A stretch of 62,046 bases of DNA from a virus. Its lineage: Duplodnaviria > Caudoviricetes. The stretch covers positions 1 through 62,046 of the IMG/VR virus record IMGVR_UViG_3300032295_001918. One strand, 5' to 3'. The notes under the pieces are model-generated. The model was not told the origin of the DNA. It saw only the letters and a list, made by a program, of their open reading frames with translations, and made no database searches. Positions 28,992-37,409 of the stretch are shown here, piece after piece; the first letter of the stretch is position 1; each line of letters starts with the position of its first letter. The translations under genes were made by a program, and so were the position numbers.

Positions 28992-30122
28992 ATGACTATA
29001 ATACCTATATGGCCTGGGAGTTCATCATTTCGTCCTGGAGATACGCCATTTGGTTTTTATGATAATGACCCACAGTTTTTAGCAGACATTGACAGTATAG
29101 CAGATTGGTGTGCAAGAAGATTGGGGTATCCTATAGTAGATATAGAATTACAAGCGAGTAATTTCTATGCCTGTGCCGAAGAAGCTATCGCAGAATATTC
29201 CAATCAAGTAAATCAATTTAACATTCAACAAAACCTTTTAAGTTTAATAGGTCAACCTACAAATGTTAATCTAACACAACGAGTAGTTACACCAGTATTA
29301 GGTCCTATTATAGATATAGCAGCGGAATATGGTGCAGATTCATTCACAAGTGCTGGATTTCCTTACTACACAGCGTCAATAGATATTTTACCAGGTAAAC
29401 AGGTATACAGTCTTAATAAATTAGTTAGAGATGTGTTAGCACCAACAAGTTCAATAGAGATAAAACGAGTTCATCACTATGCTCCTCCCGCATCGATGCG
29501 TTTTTATGATCCATATTTGGGAAATCAGGCAATGTTGGATACGTTTGGATTTGGTGCATACTCAACTGGAGTTTCATTCATGTTGATGCCAATGTATGCT
29601 GATTTATTGCGTGTTCAAGCTATAGAGTTTAATGACCAAATGCGTAAATCTGCTTATTCATTTGAAATATTCAATAACGATATGAGAATATTTCCTGTTC
29701 CTACACGTGGATTTAAACTTTGGATGGAATATGTAATACGTGAAGAAAGGAATAATCCTCTAAAAAATGGGTATGGAACTGGATCCGTATCTGATATGTC
29801 AAATGCTCCATATAATCTAATACCATATAGGAATATAAATTCGGTTGGAAAACAGTGGATCTATAAATATGCTTTAGTATTAGCAACACAGACATTGGGC
29901 TATATTCGTGGTAAATATACAACGATACCAATACCTAATGCAGAAACAACTTTGGGAGACTTATTAGCTTCTGCTGAAGCTGAAAGAGCAAGACTAATAG
30001 AAGAATTGAGAGGTATGTTAGATAGTATGACTCGACCAAAACTATTAGAGTCGAAGGCTGCTGAGGCTGAAAATATAAACAAAACACTAAACACTATCCC
30101 AGCATTTATTTATATCGGATAA
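28992..30122 (+). CDS. Neck/head-completion protein (T4 gp13-like)
   Basis: RRLGYPIVDIEL, WIYKYALVLA..TLGYIRGKY..IPIP and C-terminal PAFIYIG; ATATTTATA at 28950-28958. Confidence 0.75.
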   Translation: MTIIPIWPGSSSFRPGDTPFGFYDNDPQFLADIDSIADWCARRLGYPIVDIELQASNFYACAEEAIAEYSNQVNQFNIQQNLLSLIGQPTNVNLTQRVVTPVLGPIIDIAAEYGADSFTSAGFPYYTASIDILPGKQVYSLNKLVRDVLAPTSSIEIKRVHHYAPPASMRFYDPYLGNQAMLDTFGFGAYSTGVSFMLMPMYADLLRVQAIEFNDQMRKSAYSFEIFNNDMRIFPVPTRGFKLWMEYVIREERNNPLKNGYGTGSVSDMSNAPYNLIPYRNINSVGKQWIYKYALVLATQTLGYIRGKYTTIPIPNAETTLGDLLASAEAERARLIEELRGMLDSMTRPKLLESKAAEAENINKTLNTIPAFIYIG

Positions 30123-30135
30123 TTAGGAGACTTAA

Positions 30136-30660
30136 ATGCCATTATTCCATGGATCAAGAGATGCTGGTTTCGTTCATCATATAAATTTAGAATTGGTAGT
30201 TGACATAATAGATACTGAAGTAGCTTTATACAAACTATCATTAGAAGACACAAAAACAAACGTTTATAACGAGTCTGATAAAAAGGTCTATTATAGTCCT
30301 ATAAAAGTAGCTGCATTAATAGACAGACAACCACAGGCATATGAGGGAAATGAATTTGGTCAAGATTACACACAACAATGTAGATTTGGTTTTGTACGTG
30401 AATATCTTAAAAAATTTGAAATATATGTTGAAGTTGGTGATGTAATAGAATTTAATGGCGAATGGTGGGAAATTGACGCAATAGAAGAAGCTGAATATTT
30501 TGGTGGTAAAAATCCAGACTATGCTTTTTCTGGAGATAAATGGGGTTACAATGTTTCAATTATAGCTGTATCTCACTTAACACGTAGATCAAGAATACAT
30601 GTTGAGGAGTTCAGGGCAGGATTAACTAATACTGATAATGATATTCCGAGCAACATATAA
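30136..30660 (+). CDS. Neck protein (T4 gp14-like)
   Basis: Follows the gp13-like gene; NVYNES..K.Y..P and EVGDVIEFNGEWWEI. Confidence 0.65.
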   Translation: MPLFHGSRDAGFVHHINLELVVDIIDTEVALYKLSLEDTKTNVYNESDKKVYYSPIKVAALIDRQPQAYEGNEFGQDYTQQCRFGFVREYLKKFEIYVEVGDVIEFNGEWWEIDAIEEAEYFGGKNPDYAFSGDKWGYNVSIIAVSHLTRRSRIHVEEFRAGLTNTDNDIPSNI

Positions 30661-31598
30661 TGAAAAATTCATCTAAATATAGATTACCTCCTATAAAAAG
30701 AACACGGGATAGTTTTATAGATGATTTTAATTCACAACAAAATCCTAGAATAGATTTAGGTAAAGCTAGACACACACAAGTAAGAAGGGATAAAGATAGG
30801 GTTAGAACGTTAGGCATAACAATCTACGATATAGATTTTGCTGTAAAATCATTCATAGATCAAAAAATGCAATTACGAGTTGAAGATAATGGTGAGATAA
30901 TATCAATACCGATAATATATGCTAATGCAGAAAAATGGGCATCTATACAAAAAGATGGTCACTTAAAAGACAAGAAGGGTAAAACTATGTTACCATTGAT
31001 GGTTTATAAAAAATCAAACATCGCAATGGTAGATGAAATGCGAAGAAATAAAGTAGCAACGGTAGATCAAATTCACTATGTAATGAAGCAGGCATACAAT
31101 CGAAATCAACCTTATGATAAATTTAGTATACTAAATGAACCAAGACAAAAATCCTATGAATACTTCTTAACTCCAGCACCAGATTATATTGATGTTACAT
31201 ATGATTTTGTGGTTTGGTGTGAATACCAAATGCAGTTAAATTACGTTATAGAAAACTTTGTATACTACACAGGACAATCGTTTGGGGATAGAAATTTTTT
31301 AAAGTTCCCAACACATTTGGAAAATTTGGTATTAGATGATAGTAATACATCAGGTCAAGATAGAATGGTAAAGTGTAGCTTTCAAATGAAAGTTCACGGA
31401 TACTTGCTACCAAAAGATGTTGGTGGAATGACTACAACAAAAAGATACGTCACTCCAAACAAAGTTAGATTTGTACCAGAAACATTCACGGATATTAACA
31501 CAATACTATATCGTGAAAATAGAAATGATGGATTTAGACCACTAAATTATAACTCAGAAGATGAGGTTAGAAATTTAGGACTTAACTTAGATGACTAA
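30660..31598 (+). CDS. Tail terminator / sheath stabiliser (T4 gp15-like)
   Basis: IPIIYANAEKW, LPLM and PDYIDVTYDFVVW; located before the sheath. Confidence 0.6.
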   Translation: MKNSSKYRLPPIKRTRDSFIDDFNSQQNPRIDLGKARHTQVRRDKDRVRTLGITIYDIDFAVKSFIDQKMQLRVEDNGEIISIPIIYANAEKWASIQKDGHLKDKKGKTMLPLMVYKKSNIAMVDEMRRNKVATVDQIHYVMKQAYNRNQPYDKFSILNEPRQKSYEYFLTPAPDYIDVTYDFVVWCEYQMQLNYVIENFVYYTGQSFGDRNFLKFPTHLENLVLDDSNTSGQDRMVKCSFQMKVHGYLLPKDVGGMTTTKRYVTPNKVRFVPETFTDINTILYRENRNDGFRPLNYNSEDEVRNLGLNLDD

Positions 31599-31682
31599 TA
31601 TTTTTTTTTCTAAAAACTATATTCTACAAAAATTAAATGATATTTATATTTGTATTTTAATTATATTTTTAATGAGGTTTTT

Positions 31683-31967
31683 ATGGCAGACAATGTTGAA
31701 AAAGAAGTTTCCACCGATGATATTGAAAAGGTGAAGCAGTTACGTACCAAATATGCACAGACAACTGCACAAATTGGTCAAGTTGAAATCGAACTATATG
31801 TTTTGAATAAACAACTAAAAGAATTAACAGAAATACGTGAAGGTTTGTTCAAGTCATATACAGATTTACAAACAGAAGAACAAGATTTAGTCAAAGAACT
31901 AAATGACAAATACGGTGATGGTGTATTAGACTTAGAATCAAATAAGTTTGTTCCATCACAGACATAA
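31683..31967 (+). CDS. Small coiled-coil hypothetical protein
   Basis: GAGG RBS before ATG 31683; LNDKYGDGVLDL C-terminus; ATATTTATA at 31640-31648. Confidence 0.65.
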   Translation: MADNVEKEVSTDDIEKVKQLRTKYAQTTAQIGQVEIELYVLNKQLKELTEIREGLFKSYTDLQTEEQDLVKELNDKYGDGVLDLESNKFVPSQT

Positions 31968-32018
31968 GATAAGTTACTTAACTTATTAATCTGATTATTA
32001 AATTTTCTGGAGAAAATA

Positions 32019-34493
32019 GTGGCTACTGCTGAAAGAATTATAAGTCCTGGAGTTTTTGCCAATGAACGAGACCAATCATTTTTACCAGTTGGTATCGGAG
32101 CAATTGGCGCAGCTCTAATAGGACCAACTTTATTGGGACCTGCGTTTGTCCCTTCTTTTGTTAATGGCTATTCTGACTTTGAAACATATTATGGTGGTAC
32201 ATATGAGCAATCATATTTGCCATATGCGGTTAGAAGTTATTTAGCAAACGCTGGATCTGCAACAATTGTTAGAGTATTAGGAACGGGTGGATATTCGTTA
32301 AAACACCCCGTTGGTATTGTTGCTAAAATTCAAAACGTTGACGTAGAAGGCGAACCTATTAGCGGATCCTTTCAAAGAAGGCTCATTTCATTTTTACACC
32401 CAACATTTGTAATTACAAGTAATGACAGTGTTCCTCTCTTTAATAAAACTGTGTTGGTACAAAATAATGATGATTTTGTCATCACATTATCAGGTTCATT
32501 TGCAACAGATACATCTACATTTACAAATGCATTGAATGAAAATGGCGTAGCAGTTAGTGCTTCTATAGATCCAGATAGTACTTCATATATCGGTGACATA
32601 TATGGTCATAATCCATATGGAACACGTGCTGTATACAACTATGTGTCATTTGCTAATGATGCTCGTGCAATTATAGATGACTTGGGATATGTTCCAGATA
32701 TAGAAATAGAAACTGGAACAAATGCATCCGAGTGGGACTTTACAGATGATTACCAAGTAGCATCAACTCCTTGGATAACTTCACAAAAAGTTGGTGGTAT
32801 GGTAACTGATATGTTTAAATTCCACACATTATCTCATGGTATACATGCTAACTATCAGTTAAAGATTGGTATTGCAAATATAAGAGCAGCTGGAACAATC
32901 GCTGGTTCTGAATATGGTGAATTTGATGTAGTAATACGGTATGTTGATCAATCTAAATTACCACAAACACCATTTAGATATGATGACGATGATTTGCGTC
33001 CAAACATTGTAGAACAGTTTAGATGTAATTTAGATCCAAATTCACCAAGATTTATTTCACGTGTTATAGGTGACAGATTTGTAACTGTAGATGATAGTGG
33101 TAAAGTAATTATTAACGGTGACTATGCAAGTAAATCAAAATTCGTAAGAGTTGAAGTAACCGAAGCTGTTACAAATGCTGCTATACCAACAACATACTTA
33201 CCATTTGGATTTAGAGCTTTACATTCACCTATTCCAGAAGGCTTTACTCAACCAGCAGCTGCAACATATGTACAAGACCAAGCTGTAAATGGTCTATTTA
33301 ATAGACGAGTCTATTATGGGTTTGATTATAATTTTGGTGAAAGTGACAATTTCAATTACTTGAAACCATTGCCAACAATTTCACGTAGAGTATTGGGTAA
33401 TAATGTAGATTTTTATTTAGGTGACTATGATCAAAATATATCTGCAAATTATCCAACACCAACAAATCCTTATGTTGGTGCAATTGATTTAACATCCAAC
33501 ACATCTCCAGACACACGTAAATTTATGGTGCCATTTCAAGGTGGGTTCGATGGTCATAAACCACATCTTCAAAAGAAAGTCGGTGTACACATGATAGCTC
33601 AGAATACTCAAGGATTTGATATTTCATCAACTGCTGCTTCTGGATACACTGCTTATAAAAAGGCGTTGGATACAATATCAAATGCTGATGAATTTGATAT
33701 AAACATGTTAGTAACTCCGGGAGTAGTTCATTCTCTACACTCACCAATAACAAATTATGCTAAAGAAGTTTGTGAAGAACGTGGTGATGCTTTTTATGTA
33801 ATGGATTCCGTTGCTATTTACGATAATATTGCAACAGCAGTCTCTACAGTAGAAGCGTTAGATACTAACTATGCAGCTACTTATTATCCTTGGGTTAAAG
33901 TATTGGATGTTGATAGAAACAAACCAGTATGGGTTCCACCTTCAGTCGTACTTCCAGGTGTGATTGCGTTTAATGACCGAGTTGCAGCTGAATGGTTTGC
34001 ACCAGCGGGTCTTAATCGTGGTGGATTAACAGAGGTAATAGAGGCTAGAACACGTTTAACACAAACAGAACGTGATGTACTATATGAAGGCAGAATAAAT
34101 CCAATAGCAACTTTCCCTGCAACTGGGGTTGCTGTATGGGGACAAAAAACACTTCAAGGTCGTCCATCTGCATTGGATAGAATAAATGTTCGTCGTCTAT
34201 TGATAGCCGCCAAGAAGTTTATTGCAACATCTACAAGATTCCTTGTATTTGAACAAAATACTTCGCAAACACGTTCAAGATTCTTAAATATAGTAAATCC
34301 ATATTTGGAATCTATACAACAACGTCAAGGTTTGTTCTCATTCCGTGTCATAATGGATGATACAAACAACACACCTGACATTATAGACCGTAACATACTT
34401 TACGGACAATTGTTCTTACAACCAACAAGAACAGCTGAATTTATAATATTAGACTTCAATATTCAGTCTACAGGTGCAGCGTTTACTGCTTAA
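32019..34493 (+). CDS. Contractile tail sheath protein (T4 gp18-like)
   Basis: ISPGVF, GPAFVP, YYPWV, WFAPAGLNRG, WGQKTLQ...SALDRINVRRL and PTRTAEFI; GTG start with GGAG RBS. Confidence 0.96.
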   Translation: MATAERIISPGVFANERDQSFLPVGIGAIGAALIGPTLLGPAFVPSFVNGYSDFETYYGGTYEQSYLPYAVRSYLANAGSATIVRVLGTGGYSLKHPVGIVAKIQNVDVEGEPISGSFQRRLISFLHPTFVITSNDSVPLFNKTVLVQNNDDFVITLSGSFATDTSTFTNALNENGVAVSASIDPDSTSYIGDIYGHNPYGTRAVYNYVSFANDARAIIDDLGYVPDIEIETGTNASEWDFTDDYQVASTPWITSQKVGGMVTDMFKFHTLSHGIHANYQLKIGIANIRAAGTIAGSEYGEFDVVIRYVDQSKLPQTPFRYDDDDLRPNIVEQFRCNLDPNSPRFISRVIGDRFVTVDDSGKVIINGDYASKSKFVRVEVTEAVTNAAIPTTYLPFGFRALHSPIPEGFTQPAAATYVQDQAVNGLFNRRVYYGFDYNFGESDNFNYLKPLPTISRRVLGNNVDFYLGDYDQNISANYPTPTNPYVGAIDLTSNTSPDTRKFMVPFQGGFDGHKPHLQKKVGVHMIAQNTQGFDISSTAASGYTAYKKALDTISNADEFDINMLVTPGVVHSLHSPITNYAKEVCEERGDAFYVMDSVAIYDNIATAVSTVEALDTNYAATYYPWVKVLDVDRNKPVWVPPSVVLPGVIAFNDRVAAEWFAPAGLNRGGLTEVIEARTRLTQTERDVLYEGRINPIATFPATGVAVWGQKTLQGRPSALDRINVRRLLIAAKKFIATSTRFLVFEQNTSQTRSRFLNIVNPYLESIQQRQGLFSFRVIMDDTNNTPDIIDRNILYGQLFLQPTRTAEFIILDFNIQSTGAAFTA

Positions 34494-34504
34494 TATTTGA
34501 TAGT

Positions 34505-34537
34505 TATGGGGCAGACTTTATTCTGCCCCATATTTTT
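34505..34537 (+). terminator. Rho-independent terminator after the sheath gene
   Basis: 11-bp stem TATGGGGCAGA / TCTGCCCCATA and T-tract; followed by ATATTTATA at 34547-34555. Confidence 0.85.
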
Positions 34538-34585
34538 AAAAATACTATATTTATACAAAAGCATATTTTATTATTGGAGACATAA

Positions 34586-35074
34586 ATGGCTGAATTACTT
34601 AACTCGAATGAGATATTTTTTACCCCCTTCGAGCCAAAACTTCAAAATCGCTTTATTATGTATATTGAAGGTGTTCCTTCTTGGTTAGTTAAAGGTGCTG
34701 GTCGTCCTAATATCAACTTTAACCCAATTAAATTAGATCACATCAACGTATATCGTAAAGTAAAAGGAAAGGGAGAGTGGCAGGATGTTACCATTAAGCT
34801 TTATGATCCAGTAGTTCCATCAGGTGCTCAAACCGTAATGGAATGGGTTCGTCTATCACACGAATCTGTTACGGGTAGAGATGGTTATTCCGACTTTTAT
34901 AAGAAAGATATAACATTCCACCTACTTGGTCCTGTTGGTGATAAAGTGGAAGAATGGACATTAAAGGGTGCTTTCATTATTGCTACTACGTTTGGTGAGA
35001 TGGATTGGGCAAACGATGCGTTTGTTGAGATTTCTCTCACTTTAGCCTACGATTATGCAATTCTACAATACTAA
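34586..35074 (+). CDS. Tail tube protein (T4 gp19-like)
   Basis: FEPKLQNRF, WQDVTIKLYD, YKKDI and EEWTLKGAF...DW; follows the sheath. Confidence 0.92.
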   Translation: MAELLNSNEIFFTPFEPKLQNRFIMYIEGVPSWLVKGAGRPNINFNPIKLDHINVYRKVKGKGEWQDVTIKLYDPVVPSGAQTVMEWVRLSHESVTGRDGYSDFYKKDITFHLLGPVGDKVEEWTLKGAFIIATTFGEMDWANDAFVEISLTLAYDYAILQY

Positions 35075-35128
35075 TTTAATCGTATTTTTTTCGATTTATT
35101 AGTATTAAAACCACTTTTTAGTAAAATT

Positions 35129-35172
35129 CCCTATATTTATTAATAGAAATATTTTTAAGTATAGGGTTTTTT
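35129..35172 (+). terminator. Terminator-like hairpin containing the late-promoter motif
   Basis: CCCTATATTTA ... TAAGTATAGGG (one G-U pair) then TTTTTT; ATATTTAT lies at 35133-35140 in the 5' arm. Confidence 0.55.
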
Positions 35173-35178
35173 ATTATT

Positions 35179-36150
35179 ATGCATTCAGAAAAAAGAACAA
35201 TAATGGTTACAGGCGGTTATGGTTTCATAGGAAGTAATTTCATCCACATGATACTAAAATCAAAAACCGATAATATAAAAATAATAAATTTAGACGCAAA
35301 TACCTACGCTGCAGATCCCGAAAATGTAAAGGAATTCGTTGATAATGACGATTTTAAGTCGTATATCGGTAAAATAGAAGACACAGACTATGTTAGTTAT
35401 CTATGCAAAACACATAAGATTGAGGGCATAATAAATTTTGCAGCAGAATCACATGTAGATAGGTCTATTCAGGACTTTAAACCGTTTTTAGATACTAATG
35501 TTATTGGAACTTTATCACTTTTAACTGTTGCAAAGGAATTAAGACTAAAAAAATTCTTACAAGTGTCAACCGATGAAGTTTATGGCAGTTTGGAATTAGA
35601 TTCTGATGAAAAATTCACCGAAAATTCTCAAATATCACCAAATTCACCGTATTCCGCTGCAAAGGCTGCTGCTGATGGGTTTGTTAGGTCATTTTATCAC
35701 ACATATGGTGTCCCAACGGTAATAACACGATGTTCAAACAACTATGGACCAAGACAACATACGGAAAAATTGATACCAATGATGATAAACAACATATTGA
35801 ATGGTGAAAAATTGCCAATATATGGTGATGGGCTCAATGTGCGTGATTGGATTCATGTTAATGACCATTGTAGAGCAGTTTGGCTTGCATACGAAAAGGG
35901 TAAAAATGGTGAAGTTTATAACATAGGCTCTGATAATGAGTGGTCTAACGGTGAGTTGGTAAGAAAAATAATCTCTCTTATGGATGTAAAAAATTCTACA
36001 ATACAATATGTAAAAGATAGATTAGGACATGATAGAAGATATGCAATAGATTCATCAAAAGCAAAAGAAGAATTAGGATGGGAGCCAAAGATTTCATTTG
36101 GTGAAGGTCTAAAATCAACAATCGAGTGGTATAGCAACAATAAGAAATAG
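35179..36150 (+). CDS. rfbB: dTDP-glucose 4,6-dehydratase
   Basis: VTGGYGFIGSN, NFAAESHVDRSI, VSTDEVYGS, PYSAAK, TRCSNNYGP, RDWIHVNDH and DRLGHDRRYAID. Confidence 0.95.
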   Translation: MHSEKRTIMVTGGYGFIGSNFIHMILKSKTDNIKIINLDANTYAADPENVKEFVDNDDFKSYIGKIEDTDYVSYLCKTHKIEGIINFAAESHVDRSIQDFKPFLDTNVIGTLSLLTVAKELRLKKFLQVSTDEVYGSLELDSDEKFTENSQISPNSPYSAAKAAADGFVRSFYHTYGVPTVITRCSNNYGPRQHTEKLIPMMINNILNGEKLPIYGDGLNVRDWIHVNDHCRAVWLAYEKGKNGEVYNIGSDNEWSNGELVRKIISLMDVKNSTIQYVKDRLGHDRRYAIDSSKAKEELGWEPKISFGEGLKSTIEWYSNNKK

Positions 36151-36220
36151 TATTTTTTACCAAAACCCATATTTATTAGTATTGTAAAACGTTTTATTTT
36201 TAATCTCACAGGAATTAGTT

Positions 36221-37093
36221 ATGACGAAAATACCAAATGGTTATAATTTACCAAATGAAGTACAGGAAGAAATTTCAGATGCCGAACTCAAAAGTCGTTT
36301 ATTATCCGAATATAAACAGTCTGAAGTAAAAAAAACAAACTTTCCAACAGAAGTTGTTCCATTGCCATCACGTGGTCTTCTTTATCCAGAAGGACATCCA
36401 TTAGCTGATGGTTTTATTGAAATGAAGTATATGACAGCAAGAGAAGAAGATATTTTAACATCACAAAACCTTATTAAACAGGGCGTGGTGTTGGATAAAT
36501 TATTTGAGTCCTTGATTGTTACCCCCGTTAATTACGATGATATTTATAGCGGTGATAAAAACGCAATTATGGTTGCTGCTAGATTATTAGGTTACGGTAA
36601 CGATTACACAGTTGAAATAGAAGATCCATTTTCTCCAGGAAATAAACAAAAAGTAACAATAGATTTATCTCAAATCGAGCACAAGGAGGTCGATTACAGC
36701 TTATTTGAGAAACGTAAGAATGAATTCGATTTTGAACTTCCAAATTCAAAACGAAAAGTAACATTCAGATTGATGACACATGGATTGGAAAATCAAGTTC
36801 AACAAGAATTAAAATCGATGAACCGAAAAATAAACAGAAGTGGAATCGATAAGGAGTTAACAACAAGGCTCAAATATATTATAACATCTATTGACGGTGA
36901 ATCTGGAAGGGCTGTAATAAATGATTTTGTTGATAATGAATTATTCGCTGTTGATTCAAGAGCATTACGTTCTCATATCAAAGAAATATCTCCAGACTTA
37001 GACATGAGATTTACATTTGTGTCTGAAGAAACTGGTGAAATGAAGGAGTTGGACATCCCGATGGATGTCTCCTTTTTTTGGCCTAACACCTGA
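36221..37093 (+). CDS. Tail assembly chaperone / baseplate hub assembly protein (T4 gp26-like)
   Basis: VPLPSRGLLY, MTAREEDIL, GDKNAIMVAARLLGYG, ends FFWP; between tube and tape measure; ATATTTAT at 36169-36176. Confidence 0.75.
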   Translation: MTKIPNGYNLPNEVQEEISDAELKSRLLSEYKQSEVKKTNFPTEVVPLPSRGLLYPEGHPLADGFIEMKYMTAREEDILTSQNLIKQGVVLDKLFESLIVTPVNYDDIYSGDKNAIMVAARLLGYGNDYTVEIEDPFSPGNKQKVTIDLSQIEHKEVDYSLFEKRKNEFDFELPNSKRKVTFRLMTHGLENQVQQELKSMNRKINRSGIDKELTTRLKYIITSIDGESGRAVINDFVDNELFAVDSRALRSHIKEISPDLDMRFTFVSEETGEMKELDIPMDVSFFWPNT

Positions 37094-37328
37094 GTATAAA
37101 TTAATAATGCATAGAGAGATATTCGATCTATGTTATTATACTAAGAGTGGGTTTAATTGGGGTGATGTTTATTCTATGCCAATTCATTTGAGACATTTTT
37201 ACATTAAGCAAACTGTTGATGCTATTGAACGTGAAAATAAACAATATGAAGATGGTAACAATGGTAATTCATCAATGGTACATCAACCTAATGTAGAAAA
37301 CCCATACTCACTATACTCTAAAAAATAA
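37065..37328 (+). CDS. Second tail chaperone ORF (gp51/gpE'-like), probably expressed by frameshift from the upstream gene
   Basis: GFNWGDVYSMPIHLRHFYI motif; overlaps the upstream gene across a T7 run and has no well-spaced RBS. Confidence 0.65.
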   Translation: MSPFFGLTPEYKLIMHREIFDLCYYTKSGFNWGDVYSMPIHLRHFYIKQTVDAIERENKQYEDGNNGNSSMVHQPNVENPYSLYSKK

Positions 37329-37346
37329 AGTTTTTATGATAATTTC

Positions 37347-37381
37347 ATAGTCTACATATTTATACGTATGTAGACTATTTT
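37347..37381 (+). terminator. Hairpin enclosing the late-promoter motif upstream of the tape measure gene
   Basis: Perfect 12-bp stem ATAGTCTACATA / TATGTAGACTAT followed by Ts; ATATTTATA at 37356-37364. Confidence 0.65.
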
Positions 37382-37409
37382 ATTTATAGTATCTTTATTC
37401 GGTATAATA

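Noticed and set aside
31645-31652. TATATTTG as a third Bacteroidota-type promoter
   Set aside because: It overlaps an ATATTTATA motif and has no TTG at the -33 position; treated as the late motif only.
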